Shown: in pieces, positions 32,695-41,858 of the stretch | How positions within the stretch are numbered: position 1 is the stretch's first letter | Layout: every line of letters starts with the position of its first letter | From: Candidatus Cloacimonadota bacterium | GTDB lineage: Bacteria; Cloacimonadota; Cloacimonadia; Cloacimonadales; TCS61 | NCBI GenBank assembly: GCA_018645365.1 | Contig: JABGOP010000002.1 | Coordinates: 3,409 to 67,408 of the forward strand | Reading direction: 5' to 3' | Length of the DNA stretch: 64,000 nucleotides | Translations under genes and position numbers: made by a program | Notes under the pieces: model-generated | The model's database searches: none | Seen by the model: the letters and a program-made list of their open reading frames with translations, nothing else | Told to the model about the DNA's origin: nothing

Positions 32695-32723
32695 TTGATT
32701 TGTAATAAAGTAAGGGTGATTAA

Positions 32724-33827
32724 ATGAACAAAGATAAAATAAGGTTAATGCGTCCAAATGTAGGTAAAGAAGAATTAGAATTAATCAAAGAAGTTATTGA
32801 ATCAGGATATCTTGTTGAAGGAAAGATGGTGAAAGAGTTTGAAAAAACTGTTGCTGATTATCTAAGTGTTGAATATGCAATTGCATGCACATCTGCTACA
32901 ACAGGATTAGAATTGGCATTAAGAGCAGTGGGTATTAAAGATGGTGACGAAGTTATTATCCCCGATTTCACTCATCCTGCGACTGCACTAGTAATCCAAA
33001 CACTTAGTGCGAATCCTGTACTGATAGATATAGATGTCTTTTCTTACAATAATACAGCACGATTAATTGAAGAAGCAATAACATCAAAGACTAAAGCAAT
33101 AATGCCAGTTTCCATTTTTGGCAATCCTTTAGATTTGGAGCCAATAATGGAACTTGGGAAAAAATATAAAATACCTGTGATTGAAGATGCAGCTTGTAGC
33201 TTAGGCGCAGAGCACAAAGGAAAAAAAGTTGGTTCTCTAGCAAATATTTCAGTGTTTAGTTTTCACCCTCGTAAAGTATTTACAACTGGAGATGGAGGTT
33301 TAATTGTAACCAATGACCAAAACTATGCTGAACTAATGCTTTCTATGAAAAAATTTGGTTCAGGATTAACTCCTGAAAGTAAACCAGGATTTATTCGTTG
33401 GGGAACTAATTATAGAATGAGTGATATACTTGGAGCTGTTGCTTTAGGGCAAGTTAGAAAAATCGATAAAATTGTAAATGATAGAATAGAAAAAGCAATG
33501 ATTTACAACGAATTATTAAAGGATGTAGAAGAGGTAAGAATTCCTGAAATTACAGAGGACTCAAAAAGTAATTATCAAACTTATGCTATATATATTAAAA
33601 AAGGTAATAGGGATTCTATATTAGATAAGATGAGAGAGAATAATATTGAAGTGCAAATAGGCACCTATGCATTACATACACAACCATTTTTTAAGAATTT
33701 AAAGAGAGTGGGAAATTTGGAAAATTCACTTGCTCTTTTCAATAATCTATTAACTTTGCCACTTCATTCAGAATTATCAAAAGATGATCAAATTTTGGTT
33801 GTTAATACACTCAAAGAATTATTATAG
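32724..33827 (+). CDS. DegT/DnrJ/EryC1/StrS-family PLP-dependent sugar aminotransferase
   Basis: 367 aa. DAACSLGA and SFHPRKVFTTGDGG (PLP Lys) motifs. Confidence 0.9.
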   Translation: MNKDKIRLMRPNVGKEELELIKEVIESGYLVEGKMVKEFEKTVADYLSVEYAIACTSATTGLELALRAVGIKDGDEVIIPDFTHPATALVIQTLSANPVLIDIDVFSYNNTARLIEEAITSKTKAIMPVSIFGNPLDLEPIMELGKKYKIPVIEDAACSLGAEHKGKKVGSLANISVFSFHPRKVFTTGDGGLIVTNDQNYAELMLSMKKFGSGLTPESKPGFIRWGTNYRMSDILGAVALGQVRKIDKIVNDRIEKAMIYNELLKDVEEVRIPEITEDSKSNYQTYAIYIKKGNRDSILDKMRENNIEVQIGTYALHTQPFFKNLKRVGNLENSLALFNNLLTLPLHSELSKDDQILVVNTLKELL

Positions 33828-33836
33828 GAGTATTTA

Positions 33837-35012
33837 ATGAATATTCTTGTTATCTCGAATATGTTTCATCCAATACAAACTGGATCTTCAAATTATACTT
33901 TAGCTCTTGCCAAAACACTTCACAATCATAATCAAAAAGTTGTAGTTGTTTCTGTTAAGTTAAAACAATATGATTCAAATAATGATACAGAATTTCCTTT
34001 TAAAATTTTTCGATTACCCTGTATTCACTTTAAATTTAAAAAATTATTTAATTGGTTTACCGTAGTTTCGTTTAACATATTGAACTATTTCAGATTATAC
34101 AAGATTATTAAGGATGAAGATATTGATATTGTACATCAAGTTAATCATTATTTGGATACGGCAATCCTAACTAGAATTGTATGTCCAATAGCCAAAGTTC
34201 CTTATGTTGTTTCGGTTCATACTCAACTTCAATTTAAAAAATCATTTTATGCTCCAATTTTAACTCAAATTGATAAATTAATTAGTGGCAAGTTTATTTT
34301 AAAAAGGGCTGTGAAAATTTTGAGTTTTAATAGTGAAGTATTGAGGTACTTGGATAATACTTATGGAAAATTAATTCATCATTCAAAAGTAGACAGTAAA
34401 ATTTTAAGGGGAATCAGGGTCAATTTAAGGGATTATCCTCAAAAAAATAATTATAATCTTAATAATTTTATTCTTTCTGTAGGTCATCTAATAAATATCC
34501 GCAATAGAATTAATCTTATAAAAGCAATAAAAATTGTTATAACTAAACACCCCTTGATTAGACTGGAAATTATTGGTCATAAATATATTTCTGAACCATT
34601 GAAACTTGTTAAAGAATTGAAACTTGAAAGCAATGTACACTTTACTGGAGAACTTAGTAGAAAAGAGATAAAAAACAAGTTTTTGAGTGCTGATATTCAT
34701 GTTGTATGGGTCACATCAGAATATGTAGGGCTTGGCACTGCAATTTCAGAATCAATGCTCTCAGGTGTGCCAGTAATTAATAATTCTCCCCATAATTTGA
34801 TCGGAAACAACAAATTGGAAGATATGAAAAATATTATTTTAATAAAAGATGATAATATTGAGGATATAGCACAGAAAATAATTGTATTATTGGATGATAA
34901 AAAACTGCGCGAAAAGATTGGAAGATCAGGAAGAGATTTTATTTATAATAATTACAATTTTGATAATATAATAAATGCTCAAATAAATTTATATAATTCA
35001 CTTAGTAATTAG
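33837..35012 (+). CDS. Glycosyltransferase, GT-B fold (GT4-like)
   Basis: TAGGAG RBS. 391 aa. C-terminal GLGTAISESMLSGVPVI. Confidence 0.75.
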   Translation: MNILVISNMFHPIQTGSSNYTLALAKTLHNHNQKVVVVSVKLKQYDSNNDTEFPFKIFRLPCIHFKFKKLFNWFTVVSFNILNYFRLYKIIKDEDIDIVHQVNHYLDTAILTRIVCPIAKVPYVVSVHTQLQFKKSFYAPILTQIDKLISGKFILKRAVKILSFNSEVLRYLDNTYGKLIHHSKVDSKILRGIRVNLRDYPQKNNYNLNNFILSVGHLINIRNRINLIKAIKIVITKHPLIRLEIIGHKYISEPLKLVKELKLESNVHFTGELSRKEIKNKFLSADIHVVWVTSEYVGLGTAISESMLSGVPVINNSPHNLIGNNKLEDMKNIILIKDDNIEDIAQKIIVLLDDKKLREKIGRSGRDFIYNNYNFDNIINAQINLYNSLSN

Positions 35013-35019
35013 AGTTTTA

Positions 35020-36030
35020 ATGAAAATTTATGAGAATAGATCTTTCGTCGCTTCATTAGTATTTACAACTATAGTTATTGTTTTTATTTTTAAATATATC
35101 TCATTAAATGATATTTTTAATGCAGTAAACAGTGTACAGATAAAGTATATTTTAGTTGGTTTTATATTTCATATTCTTGCTTATTTTTTTAGGACATTAG
35201 TTTTTTATTCCTTTTTAAAAAAAGATAGAATTAGTTTTTTTTACTTACTATATATTCATTTTATTCAAAATTTTTATGTACATATAGTACCAGCAAGTTT
35301 GGGAGAGTTTTCTTTTCCATTGCTTTTAAAAAAACGAATTGATATGGCAAAAAGCTTTTCAGTATTAGTGATTTCAAGAATTATTTCATTAGCTCTTATA
35401 TTTCTCCTTTTTTTAACTTCAGGAATTTATTTATTTAATTTTCATAGAATTATTGCTTTAAGAAATAATATTTTTACTTTATTAATTTGTAGTGGCTTAA
35501 CTTTATTAATAATATTATTAGTTGTTGCTTTCAGAATAAAATACAAGATTTATATTCAAAATGTTATAAAAAACAATAAAAGTTTTAATAAAATTAACAA
35601 TAAACTTATTAATATTTACATAAAAATAAAAAGTGAAATGATTCAACTTAAAAATGTAAGATTTATATTTAAAATTATTCTTTATTCTCTACTTGCATTA
35701 CTATGTTCTATGCTGTTTTCAATTATTCTACTTAAAGGTATTAATATTGAATTAAACATATTTCAAGTAATCTTTGTATCTTCCATTGGAGTTGCTTTTT
35801 TGATATTACCAATTAAGAGTATTGGAGGATTTGGCACTACCGAAGGAAGTTGGGCAATTGGTTTAATGTTGTTTGGAATAACAAAACAAACTGCTCTTCA
35901 AGCGGGTTTTGTTGTTCATATTTTTGCTTTATTTAATGTGATCTTTCTTTTTCTAATAGGAATCATTTTCAACACGATTAATAATAGAAAGATGGGGTTT
36001 ATTAATAAAAATGAGGATAATGAAACTTAA
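35020..36030 (+). CDS. UPF0104/LPG-synthase-TM (flippase-like) membrane protein
   Basis: 336 aa, ~8 TM segments. Pattern IKYILVGFIFHILAYFFRTL...PASLGEFSFPLLLKK resembles this family. Confidence 0.55.
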   Translation: MKIYENRSFVASLVFTTIVIVFIFKYISLNDIFNAVNSVQIKYILVGFIFHILAYFFRTLVFYSFLKKDRISFFYLLYIHFIQNFYVHIVPASLGEFSFPLLLKKRIDMAKSFSVLVISRIISLALIFLLFLTSGIYLFNFHRIIALRNNIFTLLICSGLTLLIILLVVAFRIKYKIYIQNVIKNNKSFNKINNKLINIYIKIKSEMIQLKNVRFIFKIILYSLLALLCSMLFSIILLKGINIELNIFQVIFVSSIGVAFLILPIKSIGGFGTTEGSWAIGLMLFGITKQTALQAGFVVHIFALFNVIFLFLIGIIFNTINNRKMGFINKNEDNET

Positions 36031-37315
36031 TAAATTGTCTCATAAACAGTTGATAGTTGCTATAATCTTAATTGCATTTATCATTCGTTTGGGTTTTGGT
36101 ATATTTATCTTCCAACAAACAGGAACCTTAGGTTACTGTGATGATTGGGATTATATTTCATATGCAAGAAACATTATAACTCAGGGTATTTTTGTGCCAG
36201 ATTTATCTAGCTTTCAAAGTAATAGTCATCTTATCGGTCCGGGATACCCAATGATAGTAGCCTTATCATTAATAATTTTTGGTGATACATATCTGCCAAT
36301 AGTTATATTAAATGCAATAATAAGTACATTAATTTGCATTCTTATTTACTTAATAGGTAAACAAGTTTTTAATAGTAGAGTTGGGTTGTTAGCATCATCA
36401 TGGAGTACTTTCTATGTTTTATTTATAAGGTATGTTCCAAGAGTTCTTAAAGAAATTTGGGTACCCTTTCTTTTTGTATTAATAATTCTAATGTTTATAA
36501 ATATATCAAAACAAAAAAGGATATCTTATGTAAACTTTATTATGAGCTTACTTTTTTCTTTACTTATTCATATGGATGAAAGGTTTTTTATCTATTTTCC
36601 AGTTTTAGTAATTTGCTTTTTGTTCTTTGATAAATTAAATTGGAAAAATGGTTTTAGGAAAGCTATAATATTTTGCTTTACTGTAATTTTGTTAATGATC
36701 CCATGGCTCATAAGAAATTATCAGGTTTATGAAAAACCCGTAATAATAACTGAACGCACTTCATCATTTACAGATAAAATTTTTGATTATCACGAAAAAA
36801 TTAATGCCCCTAGTAAAGCTATGAAAGTTCCACTACAATTGTATGAAGCTGTTACAGACTCAATATTATCAGAAAAAACTGTAAGGAGTTCTGGTAGTAG
36901 AATTAAGGGAATTAAAAGGGGGATATCATTAGGGTATACTCCGCACAAATTTAGCGCATCTGAGAGGTATTGGGCAGAATTTAAAGAATTTTGGCGCCCG
37001 GTAAGATTTACTGCAGGTTATGTCGGTCGAGGTTTTCGCTTTGAAGGTCCATCTTGGTCTTTAGCACATAATTTGTCTTTAGGGTTAACTTATGGCATAC
37101 TCTTACCATTTTTTCTGTTAGGATGTTTTTTTATAATTAAGTATAAAAATAAATATGGTATATTCTTTATAATTCTTATTATTACACATACTTTCCTGCA
37201 TGTGGTATTGATGTGGGTTAGAAATCGGTATAGGATTCCAATTGACGCTTTAATTATAATAATCGCTTTTTATGGTTTGCAAAATGCTATAATGATTATT
37301 TCCATGAAAAAATAA
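36011..37315 (+). CDS. GT-C fold glycosyltransferase (ArnT/PMT_2, GT39/GT83-like)
   Basis: 434 aa polytopic protein. N-terminal LIVAIILIAFIIRLGFG...DDWDYISYA loop typical of ArnT-like enzymes. Alternative ATG at 36020. Confidence 0.6.
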   Translation: MRIMKLNKLSHKQLIVAIILIAFIIRLGFGIFIFQQTGTLGYCDDWDYISYARNIITQGIFVPDLSSFQSNSHLIGPGYPMIVALSLIIFGDTYLPIVILNAIISTLICILIYLIGKQVFNSRVGLLASSWSTFYVLFIRYVPRVLKEIWVPFLFVLIILMFINISKQKRISYVNFIMSLLFSLLIHMDERFFIYFPVLVICFLFFDKLNWKNGFRKAIIFCFTVILLMIPWLIRNYQVYEKPVIITERTSSFTDKIFDYHEKINAPSKAMKVPLQLYEAVTDSILSEKTVRSSGSRIKGIKRGISLGYTPHKFSASERYWAEFKEFWRPVRFTAGYVGRGFRFEGPSWSLAHNLSLGLTYGILLPFFLLGCFFIIKYKNKYGIFFIILIITHTFLHVVLMWVRNRYRIPIDALIIIIAFYGLQNAIMIISMKK

Positions 37316-37316
37316 A

Positions 37317-38399
37317 ATGAAAATATTATACATTATAGAATCTTTGAAATCAGGAGGAAAAGAGAGGCGACTTCTCGAGTTAATTGATGGTTTAAAGAAA
37401 GATAAAAATTTTACATGTGCAATCATTATCTTAAATGATCAGATACACTATAAAAAAGCACATCAAAATGGATGTGAAATATTCACTGTAAAAAAAGATA
37501 ATTATTTCTCAATTTCAATGCAAATTTTTAATATTTGTAAAACTTTCCGTCCAACTATTATTCACAGTTGGGCAGCAAATGCAACGATTTATTCACTATA
37601 TACAGTAAAAAGATTAAAATTGAAACTAATAGATTCGAGTATTTCTACTGCACCATTAGAAGTGAAAAAAAAATCCAAAATAAACTTAATTAATCAAATT
37701 ATTTTTAAGTTTGCAGATATGATAAATGCAAATTCGCAAGTTGGTTTGAATTCATATTATGCACCAAAAAATAAAAGTATTTGTATTCATAACGGTTTTA
37801 ATTTTGATAGAATAAAAAACCTTGTTTCAGAAACTGAAATTAGGGAAAAGTTTTCTGTTACTACAAAAAAAGTGATTGCTATGGTTGCATCGTTTTCTGA
37901 AAAGAAAGATTACGCAACTTACATTAAATCGGCATTGCAGATTTTAGAAAATAATAATGATGTTACTTTTTTATGCGTTGGATCCGGTGATTATACTAAA
38001 TATCAACTTCTTATTCCCAAAGAATACGAAGCAAAAATAAAGTTTTTAGGGAAACAAAGTGATGTAGAATTAATTATGAATATTTGTGATTTTACTGTAC
38101 TTTCCACCTATACAGAAGGAATTTCAAATTCCATTATGGAATCAATGGCACTTGGTATTCCTGTAATTGCAACTGATGGCGGAGGTACATCAGAAATTAT
38201 TGCGGATTATGAAAATGGCATATTAATTCCACCCAAATCACCACAAATTCTAACAGAAAAAATAAATGATTTATTGAATAATTCAGAAAAAGTTGAATAC
38301 CTTGGTAAGAATGCGATTCGACAAATTAAAGAGAATTTTTCGATTGACAAAATGATTGATAAATTTATTTTACTTTACAAGCGGGTTTTAGTGAAATGA
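37317..38399 (+). CDS. Glycosyltransferase, GT-B fold (GT4-like)
   Basis: 360 aa. YTEGISNSIMESMALGIPVIATDGGG motif. Confidence 0.8.
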   Translation: MKILYIIESLKSGGKERRLLELIDGLKKDKNFTCAIIILNDQIHYKKAHQNGCEIFTVKKDNYFSISMQIFNICKTFRPTIIHSWAANATIYSLYTVKRLKLKLIDSSISTAPLEVKKKSKINLINQIIFKFADMINANSQVGLNSYYAPKNKSICIHNGFNFDRIKNLVSETEIREKFSVTTKKVIAMVASFSEKKDYATYIKSALQILENNNDVTFLCVGSGDYTKYQLLIPKEYEAKIKFLGKQSDVELIMNICDFTVLSTYTEGISNSIMESMALGIPVIATDGGGTSEIIADYENGILIPPKSPQILTEKINDLLNNSEKVEYLGKNAIRQIKENFSIDKMIDKFILLYKRVLVK

Positions 38400-39829
38400 A
38401 AAAAAATAAAAATTATATTCTTACTATATTTATGGGTTGTGTGCTGTCATTTGTTTTTGTTGGATGTGTGATAGACTCTACTGTTACCTACACAGTTTCA
38501 GGCAATATCGAATTTTACGATACGGAAGGAAACATAACTAACCCAATAATAAGTGGAACAGTAAAACTATTCCAACCTACTTTGTTTTGTGATTCTCTTT
38601 CTACTTTACAAAATAAATACCCCGTAGGTGCGGAGATAAACCCCATTCTATTGATGGAGCATCGGCTAGCTGGTAATCCATTGGCGTCGGGTACAATAAA
38701 TTCAAATGGGGATTTCACATTAATGGAATTATTGGAAGGTGAATATTTATTGCTTTACTCTGTTGAAGGATATGGTTGGCACAAGCAAGTTTGCAATGTG
38801 GCATCGGATATGTCGTTGCACCTCAAAATGCGTGAGACGATAGTTTGTGATGAAAATTTTAACACAATTAATGGAACTGTCGTGTGGGGTCCTAACCAAC
38901 ACATTATAGTTACCGAAGATGTTTTGATAATGAATGAAGCATCATTGACAATACTAGAAAATACAATTATAGAATTCGGATTTGGTTACTGCAAACTAGA
39001 AGTAATTGGTAATTTTTTTGTGGAAGGTTCGAGTGAATTTCCTGTGATATTTACATCAGCGGAAGAAAATCCAGCCGAAAATGATTGGAATGCACTATAT
39101 AATAATTCAGAAAATTGTTTAATAAATAATTGTATTGTTGAATGGTCATACTATGGGTTTTATAATTTAGGAGAAGCTAATTTAAATCAATTAGTTATTA
39201 AAAATTGTAGCTCAAATGGGATTAATCTTAATGGAAATTCAGCGACTATTGAAAATACTACTATTTTTGGTTGTGAAAATGGAGTTTGGGCTTATGGTCT
39301 AGATGATGGTGTTTTTGGTGGAAATATATCAAACACATTGATCTTTGATAATAATACAAGTGGCATAGAACTAACTAGTTCATCTCCGTTAATAAATAAC
39401 TGTTTTTTTAGTGAAAATGATAAACATATTTTCATTTATTATTCTTGTCCTAAAATTGAATATTGTGCTTTTGAAAATAGTAGAACATACTCTATTTATT
39501 CTCAGCGTGAGGCAGGAATAGAAGGTACAATTGAAATAAAGTACTGTGATTTTACAGACGAGAATACATTAATTTATTGCCGAAGAAGTGCAGATATTAT
39601 TGCTAATCACAATAATTTTTATGTTAGTAATACTTTTGTTTTTGAACTTATTTATTACAATGGTAGTAATTTTATTAATGCGCAAAATAACTGGTGGGGA
39701 ACTTCTTCCGAAACAGAAATACAAAATTTAATTTGGGATGAATCAGATGAGCCTGGTGGGTATGATGCCGGAACAGTAGATTATTCAAGTTGGGAATATC
39801 ATGAAATTGAAGATGCGGGGCCACAATAA
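38396..39829 (+). CDS. Lipoprotein with carboxypeptidase-regulatory-like N-domain and right-handed parallel beta-helix repeats
   Basis: ATGA overlap. Signal/lipobox MKKNKNYILTIFMGCVLSFVFVGC. Repeated N-x-[CI]-x-[VI]-x-x-N/G turns (LINNCIVEWS, VIKNCSSNGINLNG, IENTTIFGCENGVWA, ISNTLIFDNNTSGIEL, LINNCFFSEN). Confidence 0.65.
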   Translation: MKKNKNYILTIFMGCVLSFVFVGCVIDSTVTYTVSGNIEFYDTEGNITNPIISGTVKLFQPTLFCDSLSTLQNKYPVGAEINPILLMEHRLAGNPLASGTINSNGDFTLMELLEGEYLLLYSVEGYGWHKQVCNVASDMSLHLKMRETIVCDENFNTINGTVVWGPNQHIIVTEDVLIMNEASLTILENTIIEFGFGYCKLEVIGNFFVEGSSEFPVIFTSAEENPAENDWNALYNNSENCLINNCIVEWSYYGFYNLGEANLNQLVIKNCSSNGINLNGNSATIENTTIFGCENGVWAYGLDDGVFGGNISNTLIFDNNTSGIELTSSSPLINNCFFSENDKHIFIYYSCPKIEYCAFENSRTYSIYSQREAGIEGTIEIKYCDFTDENTLIYCRRSADIIANHNNFYVSNTFVFELIYYNGSNFINAQNNWWGTSSETEIQNLIWDESDEPGGYDAGTVDYSSWEYHEIEDAGPQ

Positions 39830-40839
39830 TGAAATATAAAATTGTCACGAAATTAGCTAAAAATAGATGGTCATCATTTGTGGAAAATCACACGAATGGC
39901 AATATTTTCCAGACGCCAGAAATGTATAAAGTATATCAAAAAACGAAAAATTATGAGCCAATCTTTTTGGCAGTTATTGATAATGACGACACAATATTAG
40001 GTGTGATGTTGGCGGTTATCCAAAAAGAATATAGTGGGATTATAGGTAGTCTTACAGCACGTTCAATTATTTTTGGTGGTCCATTGATTAAAGATGAAAA
40101 TATTGAAGTGTTAGATGTGGTTTTAAAAGAATATAGTACTATTGCAAAAAGCAAAGCAATTTATTCACAATTTAGAAATTTTTGGGATTGGCAAGAACCT
40201 AAAAATATTTTTTCAAAAAATGGATTTGAATACGAAGAACATCTGAATATTTTGGTAGATTTAAATAAAAGCGAAGATGAATTGTGGAAAGATGTAAAAA
40301 AATCAAGAAAAGAAGGTATTAGGAAAGCAATTAGGGATGATTTGCAATTTAGTGTTGCAAACAATGATGAAATTTTGCCGACATTTTATGGTCTATTGAA
40401 AGAAACTTATTCTAATGCAAAATTGCCATATCCTGATTTTGATTTTTTTAATAATTTACAGAAATTAATCCCAACAAATACAATTAAGTATTTTACACTC
40501 AAAAAAGAAAATAATATTATTATTGCTTTGCTCGCGTATGTTTACAAAGGGTGTCTTTCAGCGTTTTATATAGGAATAAATCGTGAAGAAAAATATTTCA
40601 AAATGCGCCCAGTAGATCTTTTTTATTGGGAATTATTAAAATGGGGAAGTGAAAATAATTGTGAAATATATGATTGGTTGGGTGCTGGGAAACCAGATAA
40701 AGAATATGGAGTTAGAAAATTTAAACTTCAATTTGGTGGAAAAATTGTTAATTATGGCAGATTTGAGAAAATACACAAACCTATTTTGCTCAAAATAGCA
40801 AAATTTGGATTTATGTTTTGGAAAGGACTAAAAAGATGA
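39829..40839 (+). CDS. FemAB-like / Acetyltransf_6-type GNAT-fold aminoacyl- or acyl-transferase
   Basis: TAATG junction. 336 aa. W..FV....NGNIFQTPEMYKVY N-terminus and a duplicated GNAT-like layout typical of FemAB-related proteins in EPS loci. Confidence 0.55.
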   Translation: MKYKIVTKLAKNRWSSFVENHTNGNIFQTPEMYKVYQKTKNYEPIFLAVIDNDDTILGVMLAVIQKEYSGIIGSLTARSIIFGGPLIKDENIEVLDVVLKEYSTIAKSKAIYSQFRNFWDWQEPKNIFSKNGFEYEEHLNILVDLNKSEDELWKDVKKSRKEGIRKAIRDDLQFSVANNDEILPTFYGLLKETYSNAKLPYPDFDFFNNLQKLIPTNTIKYFTLKKENNIIIALLAYVYKGCLSAFYIGINREEKYFKMRPVDLFYWELLKWGSENNCEIYDWLGAGKPDKEYGVRKFKLQFGGKIVNYGRFEKIHKPILLKIAKFGFMFWKGLKR

Positions 40840-41858
40840 ATATTTTATTTGACCTAAATCACCCCGTGGATGTTAACTTTTTCAAAAACACGATGTTGAA
40901 ACTTAAAGAACAAGGGCATAATATTATTCTAACTTATCGCCCCAGAGGTAAACTTCAAAAAATTGTGGATTATGAAGTAAGCGAATTTAACCCAATTCCA
41001 ATCGGGAAGCATTACAAAACTTTTTTTTCAAAATTATTTGGACAATTGTATCGAGATTTACTGATGTTTAAATTTCAACGAAAACACAAAATTGAGCTTT
41101 CTGTATGTTTTGGTCCTACCAATGCGATTTCATCTTGGTTTAACCGAATTCCCTATTTGGCCTTTGAAGATGACCTTGAATATAGGATTCCTTTTTATCA
41201 CGCGAATTTATTTTCAACTCGTCACATTATGCCAGATTACATCAGATTTTCCAATAAAAAAACTTGGAAGTATAAAGGTTTTAAAGAGTTAGCATATCTA
41301 CATCCAAAAAGATTCAAAGCCAATTTAAATTCGATAAAAAACCTTAATTTAGTAAAAAAAAGATATGTTTTTATTCGCGAAATTTCTAACGTGAGTCTTA
41401 ACTATAAAGAAGAAAATAAAAGTATTGTTGATATTGTTTCCTATCTTGCGAATAAAGGAGTGCAGGTAGTTATTTCTTTAGAGGATGATGCGATAAAAGA
41501 TAAATTACGTGAGATGTGTTTGGTTTTGAAAGAGCCAGTTGAAGATTTATCTTCGATTTTGGCTTATGCGCAATTTGCAATTTCGTCTGGTGACACGATG
41601 GCTCGGGAAGTTTGTTTGTTAGGTACACCTTGTATTTATACAGGCGGAAGAGAAATGGTTATGAATAATGAACTTATTGAAATGGGAATTATGTTCAAGG
41701 AAGATACTGTTGCGTCAATATTTAAAAGGATAGACTTGCTAATGGATGATGAAGTTAGCAGCAAATTATCAAATGAAATTAGCGATAAAATCAACAATGA
41801 ATGGGCTGATACAACCGAAGTAATTCTTGAACACATTAGCGAGTTTATTAGAAAATGA
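40836..41858 (+). CDS. DUF354-family protein (GT-B/epimerase-like fold)
   Basis: ATGA overlap. MNILFDLNHPVDVNFFKNTMLKLKEQGHNIILTYRPRG matches my memory of DUF354 N-termini. Confidence 0.55.
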   Translation: MNILFDLNHPVDVNFFKNTMLKLKEQGHNIILTYRPRGKLQKIVDYEVSEFNPIPIGKHYKTFFSKLFGQLYRDLLMFKFQRKHKIELSVCFGPTNAISSWFNRIPYLAFEDDLEYRIPFYHANLFSTRHIMPDYIRFSNKKTWKYKGFKELAYLHPKRFKANLNSIKNLNLVKKRYVFIREISNVSLNYKEENKSIVDIVSYLANKGVQVVISLEDDAIKDKLREMCLVLKEPVEDLSSILAYAQFAISSGDTMAREVCLLGTPCIYTGGREMVMNNELIEMGIMFKEDTVASIFKRIDLLMDDEVSSKLSNEISDKINNEWADTTEVILEHISEFIRK

